A stretch of 64,000 nt of DNA from Deltaproteobacteria bacterium. Its GTDB lineage: Bacteria > Desulfobacterota > GWC2-55-46. Of the stretch, positions 1 to 8,971 are shown in pieces. The position numbers and the translations under genes are program-made. The stretch spans positions 2,524-66,523 of the forward strand of contig JACREU010000070.1 of NCBI GenBank assembly GCA_016212705.1. Direction: 5' to 3'. Under the pieces are notes generated by a model. That model saw only the letters and a program-made list of their open reading frames with translations, was not told the origin of the DNA and ran no database searches. How positions within the stretch are numbered: the stretch's first letter is position 1; each line of letters opens with the position of its first letter.

Positions 1-2
1 TT

Positions 3-677
3 CAAAGGGCTATATCCGAAGGCGCCGACGGGTTCGGAAGGCCCCACAGGTTATTGGGGCTCGTGGACTTGAAGCTCGCTGGCGTTTATCTCGAAGAAGG
101 GGCCGCAGAGCTTAAAAAGGCCTCTGAGATAGCCAGAGACGCGGACACCTGGCACGACTACGGGACGGTCCTCGGGAGGCTCAAGAAAAAGGGGGAGGCG
201 GCTGAGGCGTTCAAGAGCGCCATCGGCATCGACAAGGGGTTCAAGGACTCATACCTCGGGCTCGGGCTCGCTTACCACGACATGAAGGTGCACAGGGAGG
301 CGGTCTGCTACCTTAAGAAGTATATCACGATGGCCGACGACAAGGCGGACCTGGAGGCGTACAGGGCGCTCGGCCTCTCTTACTTCGAGCTCTCGAAGTT
401 CGAGGAGGCGGCCGCGTACCTCAAGAGGGCCGCGTTCCTTGAAAACGGCACAAAGGAAGCGGGGAACCTGTATTATTTTACGGCTAACGCGCTCGTCGAG
501 AGCGGTGAATACGAAGAGGCGGCCGTATATTACGAAAAGGCGTTGAGGCTCGACCCCGAGTATAAGGCCGTCTTTTTGAACCTCAGTGACAAGTTCAAGG
601 AAAACAGAAAAGGCGGGATACTGAAGGACGTCCTTGAAAAAACCGCCCGGACAGGCAAACGGCCAGATGGGCGATAA
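3..677 (+). CDS. TPR-repeat protein, probably 5'-truncated by the window edge
   Basis: Frame is open from nt 3 with no upstream stop, and the track start at 54 is a TTG. TPR-like 34-aa periodicity is visible (AEAFKSAIGIDKGFKDSYLGLGLAY; EEAAVYYEKALRLDPEY). Confidence 0.6.
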   Translation, partial: QRAISEGADGFGRPHRLLGLVDLKLAGVYLEEGAAELKKASEIARDADTWHDYGTVLGRLKKKGEAAEAFKSAIGIDKGFKDSYLGLGLAYHDMKVHREAVCYLKKYITMADDKADLEAYRALGLSYFELSKFEEAAAYLKRAAFLENGTKEAGNLYYFTANALVESGEYEEAAVYYEKALRLDPEYKAVFLNLSDKFKENRKGGILKDVLEKTARTGKRPDGR

Positions 678-2421
678 GACCCAAGGCGGGCTCGAAAGGT
701 ATCTGCCTCTTTTACTCATACCCCTCGGGTTTATCCTCTATTCAAACGTGCTCGGAGCGCCTTTCGTCTACGACGACGAAGGCTACATCGTAACGAACCT
801 CCAGATAACATCTCTCAGGAACTTCCTCGACTTCTCCGGCACGAGGTACATAGGTTTTTTGAGCTTCGCCCTCAATTACGCGGTCGGCGGCCTCGTGCCC
901 TTCGATTTTCACCTTACGAACATAGTCATACATATCGCGAACGCGCTCCTCGTTTACGCGCTTGTGCTGACGGTCTTCAGGACGCCTGCCATGCGCGGCG
1001 CGGAGGAAAAGGGCGTGGCAATCTTCGCGGCCTTTACGGCCTCCGTCATATTCCTCTCTCACCCCATAGAGTCGCAGGCCGTCTCCTACGTGACCCAGAG
1101 GTTCACATCCCTCTGTACGTTTTTCTATCTACTCTCGTTGTTTTTTTACGCTAAGTGCAGGATGGCGCGGGAAGGGAGCAGGGGGTGGCTCGCCATGTAT
1201 GTCGCCTCGCTCGTTGCTACTGTCGTTGCCATGAAGACAAAGGAGATAAGCTTTACTATACCTTTCATGATCGTCCTCCTTGATCTCGTTTTTTTCAGTG
1301 ACGGGTTCAGGGAAGGCAGGTGGATGAGGGTCCCGTTCTATCTTACGCTCCTAATAATACCGCTCTCTGTCCTCGGCCCCGATATCGGCCTCTTTGCAGA
1401 CCACGGCACGAACGCCGAGCACTTGAGGGGCCTGCAGGTCCGCGACATCGGGAAGCTCTCCAAGGTCGCTTATCTACTTACCGAGTTCAGCGTCGTCGTC
1501 ACTTACTTGAGGCTCATCTTCTTTCCGGTGAACCAAACGCTTGAATACGATTATCCTCTGTCGCATTCGTTCTTCGACCCCTCTGCGCTCCTTTCGTTTC
1601 TCTTCCTTCTCTCAATGGCAGGGGTTGGTACATACGCGCTCTTCAAGTCGAGAAAGGGCGGGAGCGCCTGGGGCGCACTATTCTCGTTCGGCATCTTCTG
1701 GTTCTTTCTGGCGTTGTCGGTCGAATCGACGGTTATACCGATCCAGGACGTCATTTACGAGCACAGGGTATATCTGCCGTCCGTCGGGATAATGGTCTCG
1801 TTTACGGCGGCGTTCTTTTATATTATTGACAGGGTCTCCTTGAAAATAGGCAGGGAGGTGTCAAGGGGCGCCGCTACTTTCATGCTCCTTCTTGTCATCT
1901 GCCCGTTGTTATTTACCTCTCTTTATCTGAGGAACCGAGTTTGGACAGACGAGATGACTCTCCTAAGCGACTCCATTTCAAAGGCCCCGGGGAAAACAAG
2001 GCTATATTACGCAAGGGGGCTTCTCTATCTTAAGAAAGGCAGGTACGGCGACGCCCTCGTGGACGCCAACGAGATACTTACACGTGAGCCGGGGGTGGCG
2101 GAGGCGCACAATCTTAAGGGTGTTGCGTATTCCGGCCTCGGAGACCACGAGAACTCGGCCAGGTCGTTTTCCGCGGCGCTCTCTATCAACAGCGGCTACG
2201 AAGTAGTCTATCTCAACCGGGCCATCTCCTACGCCGCCTCAGGCAGGTACAATGAGGCGTTGAAGGACCTCTCAAAGGCCGCCGTGATATATCCGGGGTT
2301 TTCGGAGTTCATCGTCTCCCCCATAGCCGGTAAGGCCTTCAAGGACCTTATAAGGGAATGCGAAAGGGAGGCCCTCCCCGGCTGTGAAAACCTTTTGACG
2401 GCCCCAAATAGTAAAAAGTGA
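634..2421 (+). CDS. GT-C fold membrane glycosyltransferase (PMT/TMTC/DUF1736-like) with C-terminal TPR domain
   Basis: The N-terminal ~430 aa are strongly hydrophobic and multi-spanning, with an acidic first-loop motif PFVYDDEGYIV typical of PMT/TMTC-type GT-C enzymes. The C-terminus has TPR repeats (GRYGDALVDANEIL, GDHENSARSFSAAL, GRYNEALKDLSKA). An alternative start is ATG 667. Confidence 0.6.
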   Translation: MKKPPGQANGQMGDKTQGGLERYLPLLLIPLGFILYSNVLGAPFVYDDEGYIVTNLQITSLRNFLDFSGTRYIGFLSFALNYAVGGLVPFDFHLTNIVIHIANALLVYALVLTVFRTPAMRGAEEKGVAIFAAFTASVIFLSHPIESQAVSYVTQRFTSLCTFFYLLSLFFYAKCRMAREGSRGWLAMYVASLVATVVAMKTKEISFTIPFMIVLLDLVFFSDGFREGRWMRVPFYLTLLIIPLSVLGPDIGLFADHGTNAEHLRGLQVRDIGKLSKVAYLLTEFSVVVTYLRLIFFPVNQTLEYDYPLSHSFFDPSALLSFLFLLSMAGVGTYALFKSRKGGSAWGALFSFGIFWFFLALSVESTVIPIQDVIYEHRVYLPSVGIMVSFTAAFFYIIDRVSLKIGREVSRGAATFMLLLVICPLLFTSLYLRNRVWTDEMTLLSDSISKAPGKTRLYYARGLLYLKKGRYGDALVDANEILTREPGVAEAHNLKGVAYSGLGDHENSARSFSAALSINSGYEVVYLNRAISYAASGRYNEALKDLSKAAVIYPGFSEFIVSPIAGKAFKDLIRECEREALPGCENLLTAPNSKK

Positions 2422-2457
2422 CAAAAATTGCCAGCTAATTGTGACAAAAATTGTCAG
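2418..2457 (+). promoter_or_regulatory. Tandem 17-nt repeat, candidate enhancer-binding-protein (PilR-like) site upstream of pilA
   Basis: GTGACAAAAATTGCCAG (2418-2434) and GTGACAAAAATTGTCAG (2441-2457) lie 23 nt apart. Each is a TGACA-N5-TGYCA palindrome. They sit about 62-100 nt upstream of the sigma-54 promoter. Confidence 0.4.
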
Positions 2458-2518
2458 TATAAGCGCAGGCCAGCCGGTCTCTAATTATAACCTGTTGAAT
2501 AGTAAGGATCTTTTACTT

Positions 2519-2534
2519 TGGCACGCTCGTTGCA
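2519..2534 (+). promoter_or_regulatory. sigma-54 (RpoN) promoter of the pilin gene
   Basis: TGGCACGCTCGTTGCA matches the TGGCAC-N5-TTGCA consensus exactly. It lies about 90 nt upstream of the pilin ATG. Confidence 0.7.
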
Positions 2535-2625
2535 AAGTAATACATTCAAGTGATTAAAGTTTTCCAGGTAACTGACGAAAACAATAAGAAAGCTTCTCAT
2601 CAAAAGTAAAAAGGAGGATGAAAAA

Positions 2626-3030
2626 ATGTTACAGCAGATGCTAAAAAGGATCAAGAGGGAGGAAGGCTTCACGCTCGTCGAGCTCTTGATAGTCGTGGCC
2701 ATCATAGCGATACTCGCGGCCATAGCCATCCCGCAGTTCACGAAGTACAGGCTCCGCGGCTACAAGTCGGAGATCGACTCTGACGCGAAGAACGCCTACA
2801 CAGCCGCGCAGGCGTACCTTACGGACAACCCGGGCGGCACTGTTGACTCCCTCGCCAAGCTGAAGACAGCCGGCTATCAGAAGTCGACTAACGTCCACTT
2901 CGAGTCCGCCACCATGACCCTTGCACTCGGCAACGTAAAGTTTACCAGCAACGCGCTCAACTCCGCGGCAAAGGAAAACAACGCGGTGGTCTTCTTCAAC
3001 GGCAAGCTTAACCTCCCGGCCTCGCCCTGA
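2626..3030 (+). CDS. pilA: Type IV pilin (prepilin with N-terminal methylation motif)
   Basis: Leader ends ...KREEG|FTLVELLIVVAIIAILAAIAIPQF, the class III signal/prepilin peptidase site. AGGAGG lies 8 nt upstream of the ATG. No Cys occurs anywhere in the protein. Confidence 0.9.
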   Translation: MLQQMLKRIKREEGFTLVELLIVVAIIAILAAIAIPQFTKYRLRGYKSEIDSDAKNAYTAAQAYLTDNPGGTVDSLAKLKTAGYQKSTNVHFESATMTLALGNVKFTSNALNSAAKENNAVVFFNGKLNLPASP

Positions 3031-3055
3031 CGCAAGCCTGGAATATATGGAAAAA

Positions 3056-3086
3056 GGAGGGACCTCAGGGTCCCTCCTTTTTTTTT
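3056..3086 (+). terminator. Rho-independent terminator after pilA
   Basis: GGAGGGACC (3056-3064), loop TCAG, GGTCCCTCC (3069-3077), followed by a T9 run. Confidence 0.8.
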
Positions 3087-3261
3087 GCCTCGGCCCGATG
3101 GCTTTGCCAATCTCTGAACCTATACGAAGGATTCGGCGCGCTCTCCGGAGGTTCACTTAAAACAGTTGTCTTATCTTGAGAGATTTATGATTATCAATAT
3201 GGAAGGGGAAAAGACAGGGGAAAGAGGCCGGGTCTTTCAACCCCGCCTTGTTCTGAAATGT

Positions 3262-4146
3262 CTACTTGCGCTCCAGATCTATGTCCTTGATATCAACGGA
3301 AGTATGCCCGAACTCCTGGAGCCTGTTCGTTTTGACCTTTATGTCGCACGGGTTGCAGTGGCCGAAGACGTGGCAGGGCCGGTATATGTCCTCGATGTCG
3401 AAGGCCGGGTCGATGATGTTGCCGACGGGGGCTCTGCCTTCGTAGAGGTCGCTGTGGCACCTGTAGACAGAGCCGTCCGAGCCCATGATGAGCTCGGTCG
3501 TCTTGCATAAGACGGACTTTTCGAACTTCTTGTCGCATGCGCCCTCGTATTTATAAGTGCCGTACATCCTGCCGTCGTGCTCGCCTAAAAACTCCTTGAA
3601 ACGGAAGTCTATGCCGAGCGCCTCGCATTTTTTCTGCGCCTCGCGTACGACCGCCTCCTGGGAGGGGTGGAGGACACCCCAGATGCCTATCGAGTACCCG
3701 GCCCTCTGGAGCTTCAAGACCTTTTCCACGAGCGGGTCGAGGGCCATCGTCTCCGGGTGAAAGCTTACGCGGATGGAGGCGTATGGGGAGTCTCTCTTTA
3801 CCCGGGCAGGGTCGACCTGCTTCATAAACTCATCCACGTCGAACTGGAGGTTCGTGAGGATGTCTATGTTCAACGAGGGCTTTATGTGGTTGATGATATA
3901 GATGAAGTCCTTGTGCAGGCTCGGCTCGCCGCCCTGGAAGGTTATGGGGAGGTCGTCGCGCGAGATTATCCTGTTTATGCCGCGCACCCACTCCTCACCG
4001 GAGAGGCGTTTTTTGACGACCCCGTCTCTTCCGAAGCGGTTTATGCAGTAAGAGCAGGACAGGTTGCAGGCGAGCGTAAAGAACGCGGCTATGTAGTTGT
4101 AGTGTCCGGGTATCCTTATGGGTTTCAGGTCCGTCATATGCGTCAC
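3262..4146 (-). CDS. Radical SAM enzyme with Cys-rich C-terminal (SPASM/twitch-like) region
   Basis: CNLSCSYC (CX3CX2C) near the N-terminus. The C-terminal cysteines are C..C...GSDGSVYRC...C.....CNPC. The start overlaps the upstream GT9 stop by 4 nt. Confidence 0.8.
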   Translation of the reverse strand: MTHMTDLKPIRIPGHYNYIAAFFTLACNLSCSYCINRFGRDGVVKKRLSGEEWVRGINRIISRDDLPITFQGGEPSLHKDFIYIINHIKPSLNIDILTNLQFDVDEFMKQVDPARVKRDSPYASIRVSFHPETMALDPLVEKVLKLQRAGYSIGIWGVLHPSQEAVVREAQKKCEALGIDFRFKEFLGEHDGRMYGTYKYEGACDKKFEKSVLCKTTELIMGSDGSVYRCHSDLYEGRAPVGNIIDPAFDIEDIYRPCHVFGHCNPCDIKVKTNRLQEFGHTSVDIKDIDLERK

Positions 4147-5075
4147 TCCTGGAGCAGTTTGTCGATCTCGGTTAAGACCGTTTGGGGTTTTATCTCATAC
4201 ATGCACGGTGTTTCCTTGACGCATGTCGTCGATAGGCACGGCAGACAGTCGTATTCCTTTGTGGGCAGTAGCTTTACGCCGTTCTTCACATAGACCTCGC
4301 TGGAAAGGGTCGGGCCGAAGAGGGCGACTATTTTTTTATCGAGCGCGTGGGCTATGTGGAGGCCGAGGCTGTCGTTCGTGACGAGCAACCTGCACGAGTT
4401 TACCCACTCGATGTACTCTTCGATCGATTTAAGGCCCTGTTGCCATGAGATGGTGTACCTGTCGCCTACGAGCGCCTCCAGCTCTTTCCAGTATTCCGGC
4501 GGCCACGCCTTTATCGGCCATTTTTCTCCGACGTTGTGGTTGAAGCCTATGTCGTATATTTCCTCAGACGAGGGCTGGTAGCCTATCGTCGGTATCTCGC
4601 CCTGCCACTTGGAGCCTATCATCTCAAAGAGGAAGTCTTCCCAGTATTTTTTGTTGGCGAGCTTGTCCTTCTGGCTCAGGCACAATTCGAGGACGTGTTC
4701 GCTCCCGTCGTAGGCGAGCGCCGAGCCTGTGTCGGGGTCGAACCTGAAGCCGTACCTCCTCCAGGCGGTGAGGGAGTCCGCGAAGGCGCAGATGCCCGCG
4801 ACCTTCTCGAGGTTCACGACCGTATCAAAGCGCTCCGCGCGCAGTTGCAGGACGGTCGTCAGGTCATAGGGCATGATCCTCTGGATGTAGGGGTTGCCCT
4901 TAAGGAGCGCTATCGCCTTTTCATCGACGAGCCACGTGACATGCGCGTCCTTGAACCTGTTAAGGAGGACGGTCGAGCGGAGCACGTCCCCGAGGCTCGT
5001 CTTCCTGCTTATCTCGCCTACGAGCGTTTCCGAGTAGCCGAGTTTTATTATAAGGACCCTTTGCACGTTACCCAT
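4143..5075 (-). CDS. Glycosyltransferase family 9 (heptosyltransferase-like)
   Basis: N-terminus RVLIIKLGYSETLVGE...GDVLRSTVLL and C-terminus LVTNDSLGLHIAHAL..KIVALFGPT resemble RfaF/RfaC-type GT9 enzymes. Confidence 0.7.
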   Translation of the reverse strand: MGNVQRVLIIKLGYSETLVGEISRKTSLGDVLRSTVLLNRFKDAHVTWLVDEKAIALLKGNPYIQRIMPYDLTTVLQLRAERFDTVVNLEKVAGICAFADSLTAWRRYGFRFDPDTGSALAYDGSEHVLELCLSQKDKLANKKYWEDFLFEMIGSKWQGEIPTIGYQPSSEEIYDIGFNHNVGEKWPIKAWPPEYWKELEALVGDRYTISWQQGLKSIEEYIEWVNSCRLLVTNDSLGLHIAHALDKKIVALFGPTLSSEVYVKNGVKLLPTKEYDCLPCLSTTCVKETPCMYEIKPQTVLTEIDKLLQE

Positions 5076-5103
5076 CGTGAAAACCCCTTCCGCAAAAATT
5101 ATC

Positions 5104-5619
5104 TCATTTTTCGGCTAATCCATCCACAATCTTTAAGCGCGATATTTCCTTGAGCGCGTCCTCGTGGACGGCGGCCGGGCGCAGGCCCATCCTCTCGAAG
5201 CGCCTTTTTCTAATGATGTATTCGATGATGGAGTTCGCCCTGAGCCTGAATATGTTGAGGCGGAGCAAAAAGGCCATATCGCAAAAAATGTGCAATACGA
5301 GCCCGAGAAAGACCGCAAATAGGGGCGCGGAGCCGAGCCAGAGAGAAACGGCGAAGAGCGCCATGACGAATTCGACGGTGTGGAACGCCTCGAAGTTAAG
5401 GAAGTCGGGCCTCCCCCATGAGTGCATAAGCGCCTCGTGGTAGCGGAACATCTTCGTAACGCTGAAATCCCTGAAGCCGTTGTGATGGAGGTACTCGAGG
5501 TAGTGGTCAACGTCTATGAGTACCGATCCAACGAAAAGGAAGGCCGCGTCCACGCCGATCGCTGGGTACAGGACGACTGAGGCAAAGCCCCCGAGTATCA
5601 CGTGGTCCGTGAGCCTCAT
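5104..5619 (-). CDS. Small integral membrane protein, tentatively YdjM/DUF457-like metal-dependent hydrolase
   Basis: About 4 hydrophobic segments, an N-terminal DH... and a LIDVDHYLEY motif. It overlaps the upstream gene's stop by 4 nt. The family assignment is tentative. Confidence 0.45.
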   Translation of the reverse strand: MRLTDHVILGGFASVVLYPAIGVDAAFLFVGSVLIDVDHYLEYLHHNGFRDFSVTKMFRYHEALMHSWGRPDFLNFEAFHTVEFVMALFAVSLWLGSAPLFAVFLGLVLHIFCDMAFLLRLNIFRLRANSIIEYIIRKRRFERMGLRPAAVHEDALKEISRLKIVDGLAEK

Positions 5620-7112
5620 TTTCCCTTGAGGGTTTTAAGCCCCTCATCCTTCGCCAGTATCTCTTCCGAGTGCTTGAAGTTCTCGAGGACGAAGCTCTCG
5701 TATATGCCGCGTAGCGTATTTACGAACGAGAATTTCATCGGGTATATCTTTGTCTTCACCATATAGGCCTTTACGAGATAATACATGAGGAAGTAAAGCC
5801 TCGGGAATGGGAGTTTTATGAGGGTGTTCACGATAAAGTCCCTCGTCCACGGCTTCCAGAGGCAGACGGTGGAGAGCAGAGAGAGGTTCCTCTGGAGGAG
5901 CTTTTCCCTTTCCGTAAAGCACTTCAGGGGCGATGTGGACTGGTAGCTCATGTGGAGCTTGTCGAAGTCGCCGTCGAAGTCGCCCCTCTTTATCGCGTAG
6001 TTGGCGAGCTCCGTGCCTGGGTAGGGGAAGAAGAGCGGGAATTCGCCCAGCGCCACCCTGCACCTCAAGTTAAGGTCTAAGGACTCAATGTCTTCGGCGA
6101 GCGAGGTGCCTGGTATGGCGAAGATGGTGTTCGAGAAAGTCGGGACGCCGTACTTGTGGCAGAGGTCAAAGGCGTCGGTCATCGTCTCCTTCGTCATGTT
6201 CCGCTTCAATACTTCGTTCCGCACCTTGTCGTTCCCGCTCTCAATGGACATCGACATGGAGGCGAGCCCGGCCTTCTTGAGCTTCTTCATGACGGAATCC
6301 GTCAAGAGGTTCGCGCGCATGAGGCAGTGGAACGGCACGCCTATCTCTTTCGGGTATCTCTCGGAGAACTCATCGAGCCATTCGTCGTCCTTCAGGACGA
6401 ATATGTCGTCGTAGAACTTTATGAACTGCGTCTCGTATCTGCTCTTCAAGTGCTTGAGCTCGGAGATGACGCGCTCAACGCTCATGCGCGAGGCGAGCGG
6501 CCCTTTGCCCTTGTACAGCATGTTGTACCTGTGGTTGAAGCAGTAGGTGCACTTGTACGGGCAACCGCGGCCCACCATGAACGAGCGCATGGGGAAACGC
6601 CCAAGGCGCGTCGCGGAGTAGAAGAGGTCGCGGTCGAGAAACGGGAGGTCGTCGAGGGCGCGCCTCCTCTCCCTCATAAAGGGCGGCTGGCCTTTCTTGA
6701 AGTTGTTCCGGGTTACGATATTGGGGATGTCGTCAAAGGGAGAGCCGCTCTCGATGGCGGAGAGGAGTTCCGGCCACGCGTCGTCGCCTTCGCCGGTGCA
6801 GAGCGCGTCGAAGGGGTGCCGCTCGATTATCTCCGGGAAGAATGTCGCGTGCGGGCCGCCTATTACGCTCTTGACATCGGGCATCATCCCCTTTATGAAG
6901 TCGTTGGCCGCGATGTAGTACTTGTGCTCGCCGGTCTTCGCGCTGAAGGCGACGATATCCGGCGAGAAGCCCCGGACCTTCTTTTCAAGGTCGCCGTCGG
7001 CGAGCACCGCCACAGAGGTCGAGTGCCCCTTTTCCTTGGCGAGCGCGGATAGGAGCATGATACCCATCGGGTCTATGTACTCGACATCCTTTATTACGAA
7101 GAGTATCTTCAA
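5616..7112 (-). CDS. B12-binding-domain radical SAM enzyme (class B)
   Basis: The N-terminal Rossmann-like region (KILFVIKDVEYIDPMGIMLLSA...IGGPHATF) is followed by GRGCPYKCTYC (CX3CX2C). Confidence 0.85.
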   Translation of the reverse strand: MKILFVIKDVEYIDPMGIMLLSALAKEKGHSTSVAVLADGDLEKKVRGFSPDIVAFSAKTGEHKYYIAANDFIKGMMPDVKSVIGGPHATFFPEIIERHPFDALCTGEGDDAWPELLSAIESGSPFDDIPNIVTRNNFKKGQPPFMRERRRALDDLPFLDRDLFYSATRLGRFPMRSFMVGRGCPYKCTYCFNHRYNMLYKGKGPLASRMSVERVISELKHLKSRYETQFIKFYDDIFVLKDDEWLDEFSERYPKEIGVPFHCLMRANLLTDSVMKKLKKAGLASMSMSIESGNDKVRNEVLKRNMTKETMTDAFDLCHKYGVPTFSNTIFAIPGTSLAEDIESLDLNLRCRVALGEFPLFFPYPGTELANYAIKRGDFDGDFDKLHMSYQSTSPLKCFTEREKLLQRNLSLLSTVCLWKPWTRDFIVNTLIKLPFPRLYFLMYYLVKAYMVKTKIYPMKFSFVNTLRGIYESFVLENFKHSEEILAKDEGLKTLKGK

Positions 7113-7148
7113 GACGGCTCGGACCTTTTGGAGGTAGTCTTTAGAGAT

Positions 7149-7919
7149 TTATTCATTGACAACGGCCCTTCTCGTGGGGGTGCCGTACTTGGCGCGCTCG
7201 GTTACGCGCACCTCCCAGAAGAGCGCGAAAATGGCGTTAACTACGCTTAAGATGTTCTTGATTCTAAAGGCCTTGGTCTTGCCAGAGGCCCTTGCGGTTA
7301 TATCGACCCCGACTTCGACGAAGCTCGAGCCGGAGCGGAGCAACCTTACGAGTATCGCGGCCATGTAGGCGAAACCCCAGGTCTTCAAAGGGACTTTCTT
7401 CAAGAGCGAGCTCTTAAGGAGGCAGGTGCCGTTATAGTACCTGACGTTCAGCCCGAAGAGCGCGTTTATGAAGATTACGAATACCCACGATATGACGCGC
7501 CTCGATAATGCGCGGACCTCGGTATTTGCGGTGTACGGTATTATGCAGTCGGCCTCTCCGGCCCTGCTTATTACGCGCGTTATGGCCTCAGCCGGTATCT
7601 CGTTGTCGCCGGGGACCATTATTATATAGTCCATCGCGGCCCTCCTTACGCCTTCCGTGTAGTTGTAGCCGAAGCCCATGTTACGCGGGTTGTGTATGAC
7701 CTTTACGCCCTTCTCTTTCTTCTTTATCTCTTCGGCGAGGGCGCCGGTGCCGTCGGTCGAAAAATCATTGAATATTAGTATCTCGAAGTCGCTGAACTTG
7801 TTGGAGGCTGAGAGGGCGGCCTTTATCGCGTCTATCGTCCCCTTGAGGTTGCCCGCTTCATTCAGGCAGGGGACAATGACCGTTATGGAGGGTTTTCTTC
7901 CGTTCGCCTTGGTCCCCAT
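7149..7919 (-). CDS. Glycosyltransferase family 2, polyprenyl-phosphate sugar synthase-like (DPM1/GtrB/ArnC type)
   Basis: ITVIVPCLNEAGNL, NDFSTDGTG and VPGDNE motifs, with C-terminal hydrophobic helices. Confidence 0.75.
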   Translation of the reverse strand: MGTKANGRKPSITVIVPCLNEAGNLKGTIDAIKAALSASNKFSDFEILIFNDFSTDGTGALAEEIKKKEKGVKVIHNPRNMGFGYNYTEGVRRAAMDYIIMVPGDNEIPAEAITRVISRAGEADCIIPYTANTEVRALSRRVISWVFVIFINALFGLNVRYYNGTCLLKSSLLKKVPLKTWGFAYMAAILVRLLRSGSSFVEVGVDITARASGKTKAFRIKNILSVVNAIFALFWEVRVTERAKYGTPTRRAVVNE

Positions 7920-7922
7920 CGG

Positions 7923-8969
7923 TCAACCCTTCTTGACGGCCCTTCTGACGGCCGCGGCGATTTCAATTTTTCCGGGGTAATAGGCCTTTTCGAGCGCGGG
8001 GCTCGCCGGCGTGGGCGCCTCCGGGAGGTTCACCCGCTCAGGCGCGCTCTTCAGCGCGCCGAACCCGTCCTCGACGACCCTCGCGATTATCTCAGCGCCT
8101 ATGCCGGTCTCCTTCCAGCCGGTGTCGGCTATGACGAGGCGGCCTGTCCTGGCGACCGACCCGAGTATGAGCGGCGCGTCCAGCGGCTTCAAGGTCCGCA
8201 GATCAATTACCTCGCACTCTATCCCTTCGTCTTTGAGGATCTCAGCCGCGCTCATCGCCTCATAGACCATGTATGAGACGGCGACGATCGTCGCGTCGCT
8301 CCCCTTGCGTCTTATAATCGCCTTTCCAATCGGCACGGTGTACGGCTCAGAGGGGACGTGGCCCATGTGCTCGTATAACCAGCGGTGCTCGATGAATACT
8401 ACGGGGTTGCCATCGTAGACCGAGGCCCTTAGCAACCCCTTTGCGTCGTACGGGGTCGCGGGCATCACGACCTTGAGGCCGGGGATGTTCGTGAAGAGGG
8501 ACTGAAGGGACTGGGAGTGCTGTGCGGCGGAGCCCCAGCCCCTGCCTATCATCGACCTTATCACTATCGGCACCGAGACCTTGCCCCCGAACATATAGCG
8601 CCATTTTGCCGCGTGGTTTATTATCTGGTCAAGGGACAGGGGAATGAAGTCGACGCGCATGTGGACGAGTATCGGACGCATCCCGGCCACAGCCGCGCCT
8701 ATTGCGACGCCGGTTATGCCGTTTTCGGCAAGAGGCGAGTCCATGACGCGCTCCCTCCCGAATTTGAGATGAAGGCCCCTTGTCGAGCCGAATACCCCGC
8801 CGGCGTCGTCTATGCCCTCGCCGATGACAAATACAGTCTCGTCGGCCTCAAGCAGTTGGGAGGTCGCCTCCAGGAGCGCGTCTTTATAGGCGAGACCGCG
8901 CAGGTCCTTGTTCTCCGAGAGGGCCTTTTCGAACTCGGCCTTATTGCTGTAAACCTTTGTCCACGGCAT
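7923..8969 (-). CDS. ThDP-dependent 2-oxoacid dehydrogenase E1 component, beta subunit (AcoB/PdhB-like)
   Basis: Transketolase-like pyrimidine-binding and C-terminal domains (VFVIGEGIDD.GGVFG.T.GL, PIVIRS..GRGWG.AAQHSQS). Confidence 0.85.
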   Translation of the reverse strand: MPWTKVYSNKAEFEKALSENKDLRGLAYKDALLEATSQLLEADETVFVIGEGIDDAGGVFGSTRGLHLKFGRERVMDSPLAENGITGVAIGAAVAGMRPILVHMRVDFIPLSLDQIINHAAKWRYMFGGKVSVPIVIRSMIGRGWGSAAQHSQSLQSLFTNIPGLKVVMPATPYDAKGLLRASVYDGNPVVFIEHRWLYEHMGHVPSEPYTVPIGKAIIRRKGSDATIVAVSYMVYEAMSAAEILKDEGIECEVIDLRTLKPLDAPLILGSVARTGRLVIADTGWKETGIGAEIIARVVEDGFGALKSAPERVNLPEAPTPASPALEKAYYPGKIEIAAAVRRAVKKG

Positions 8970-8971
8970 GG

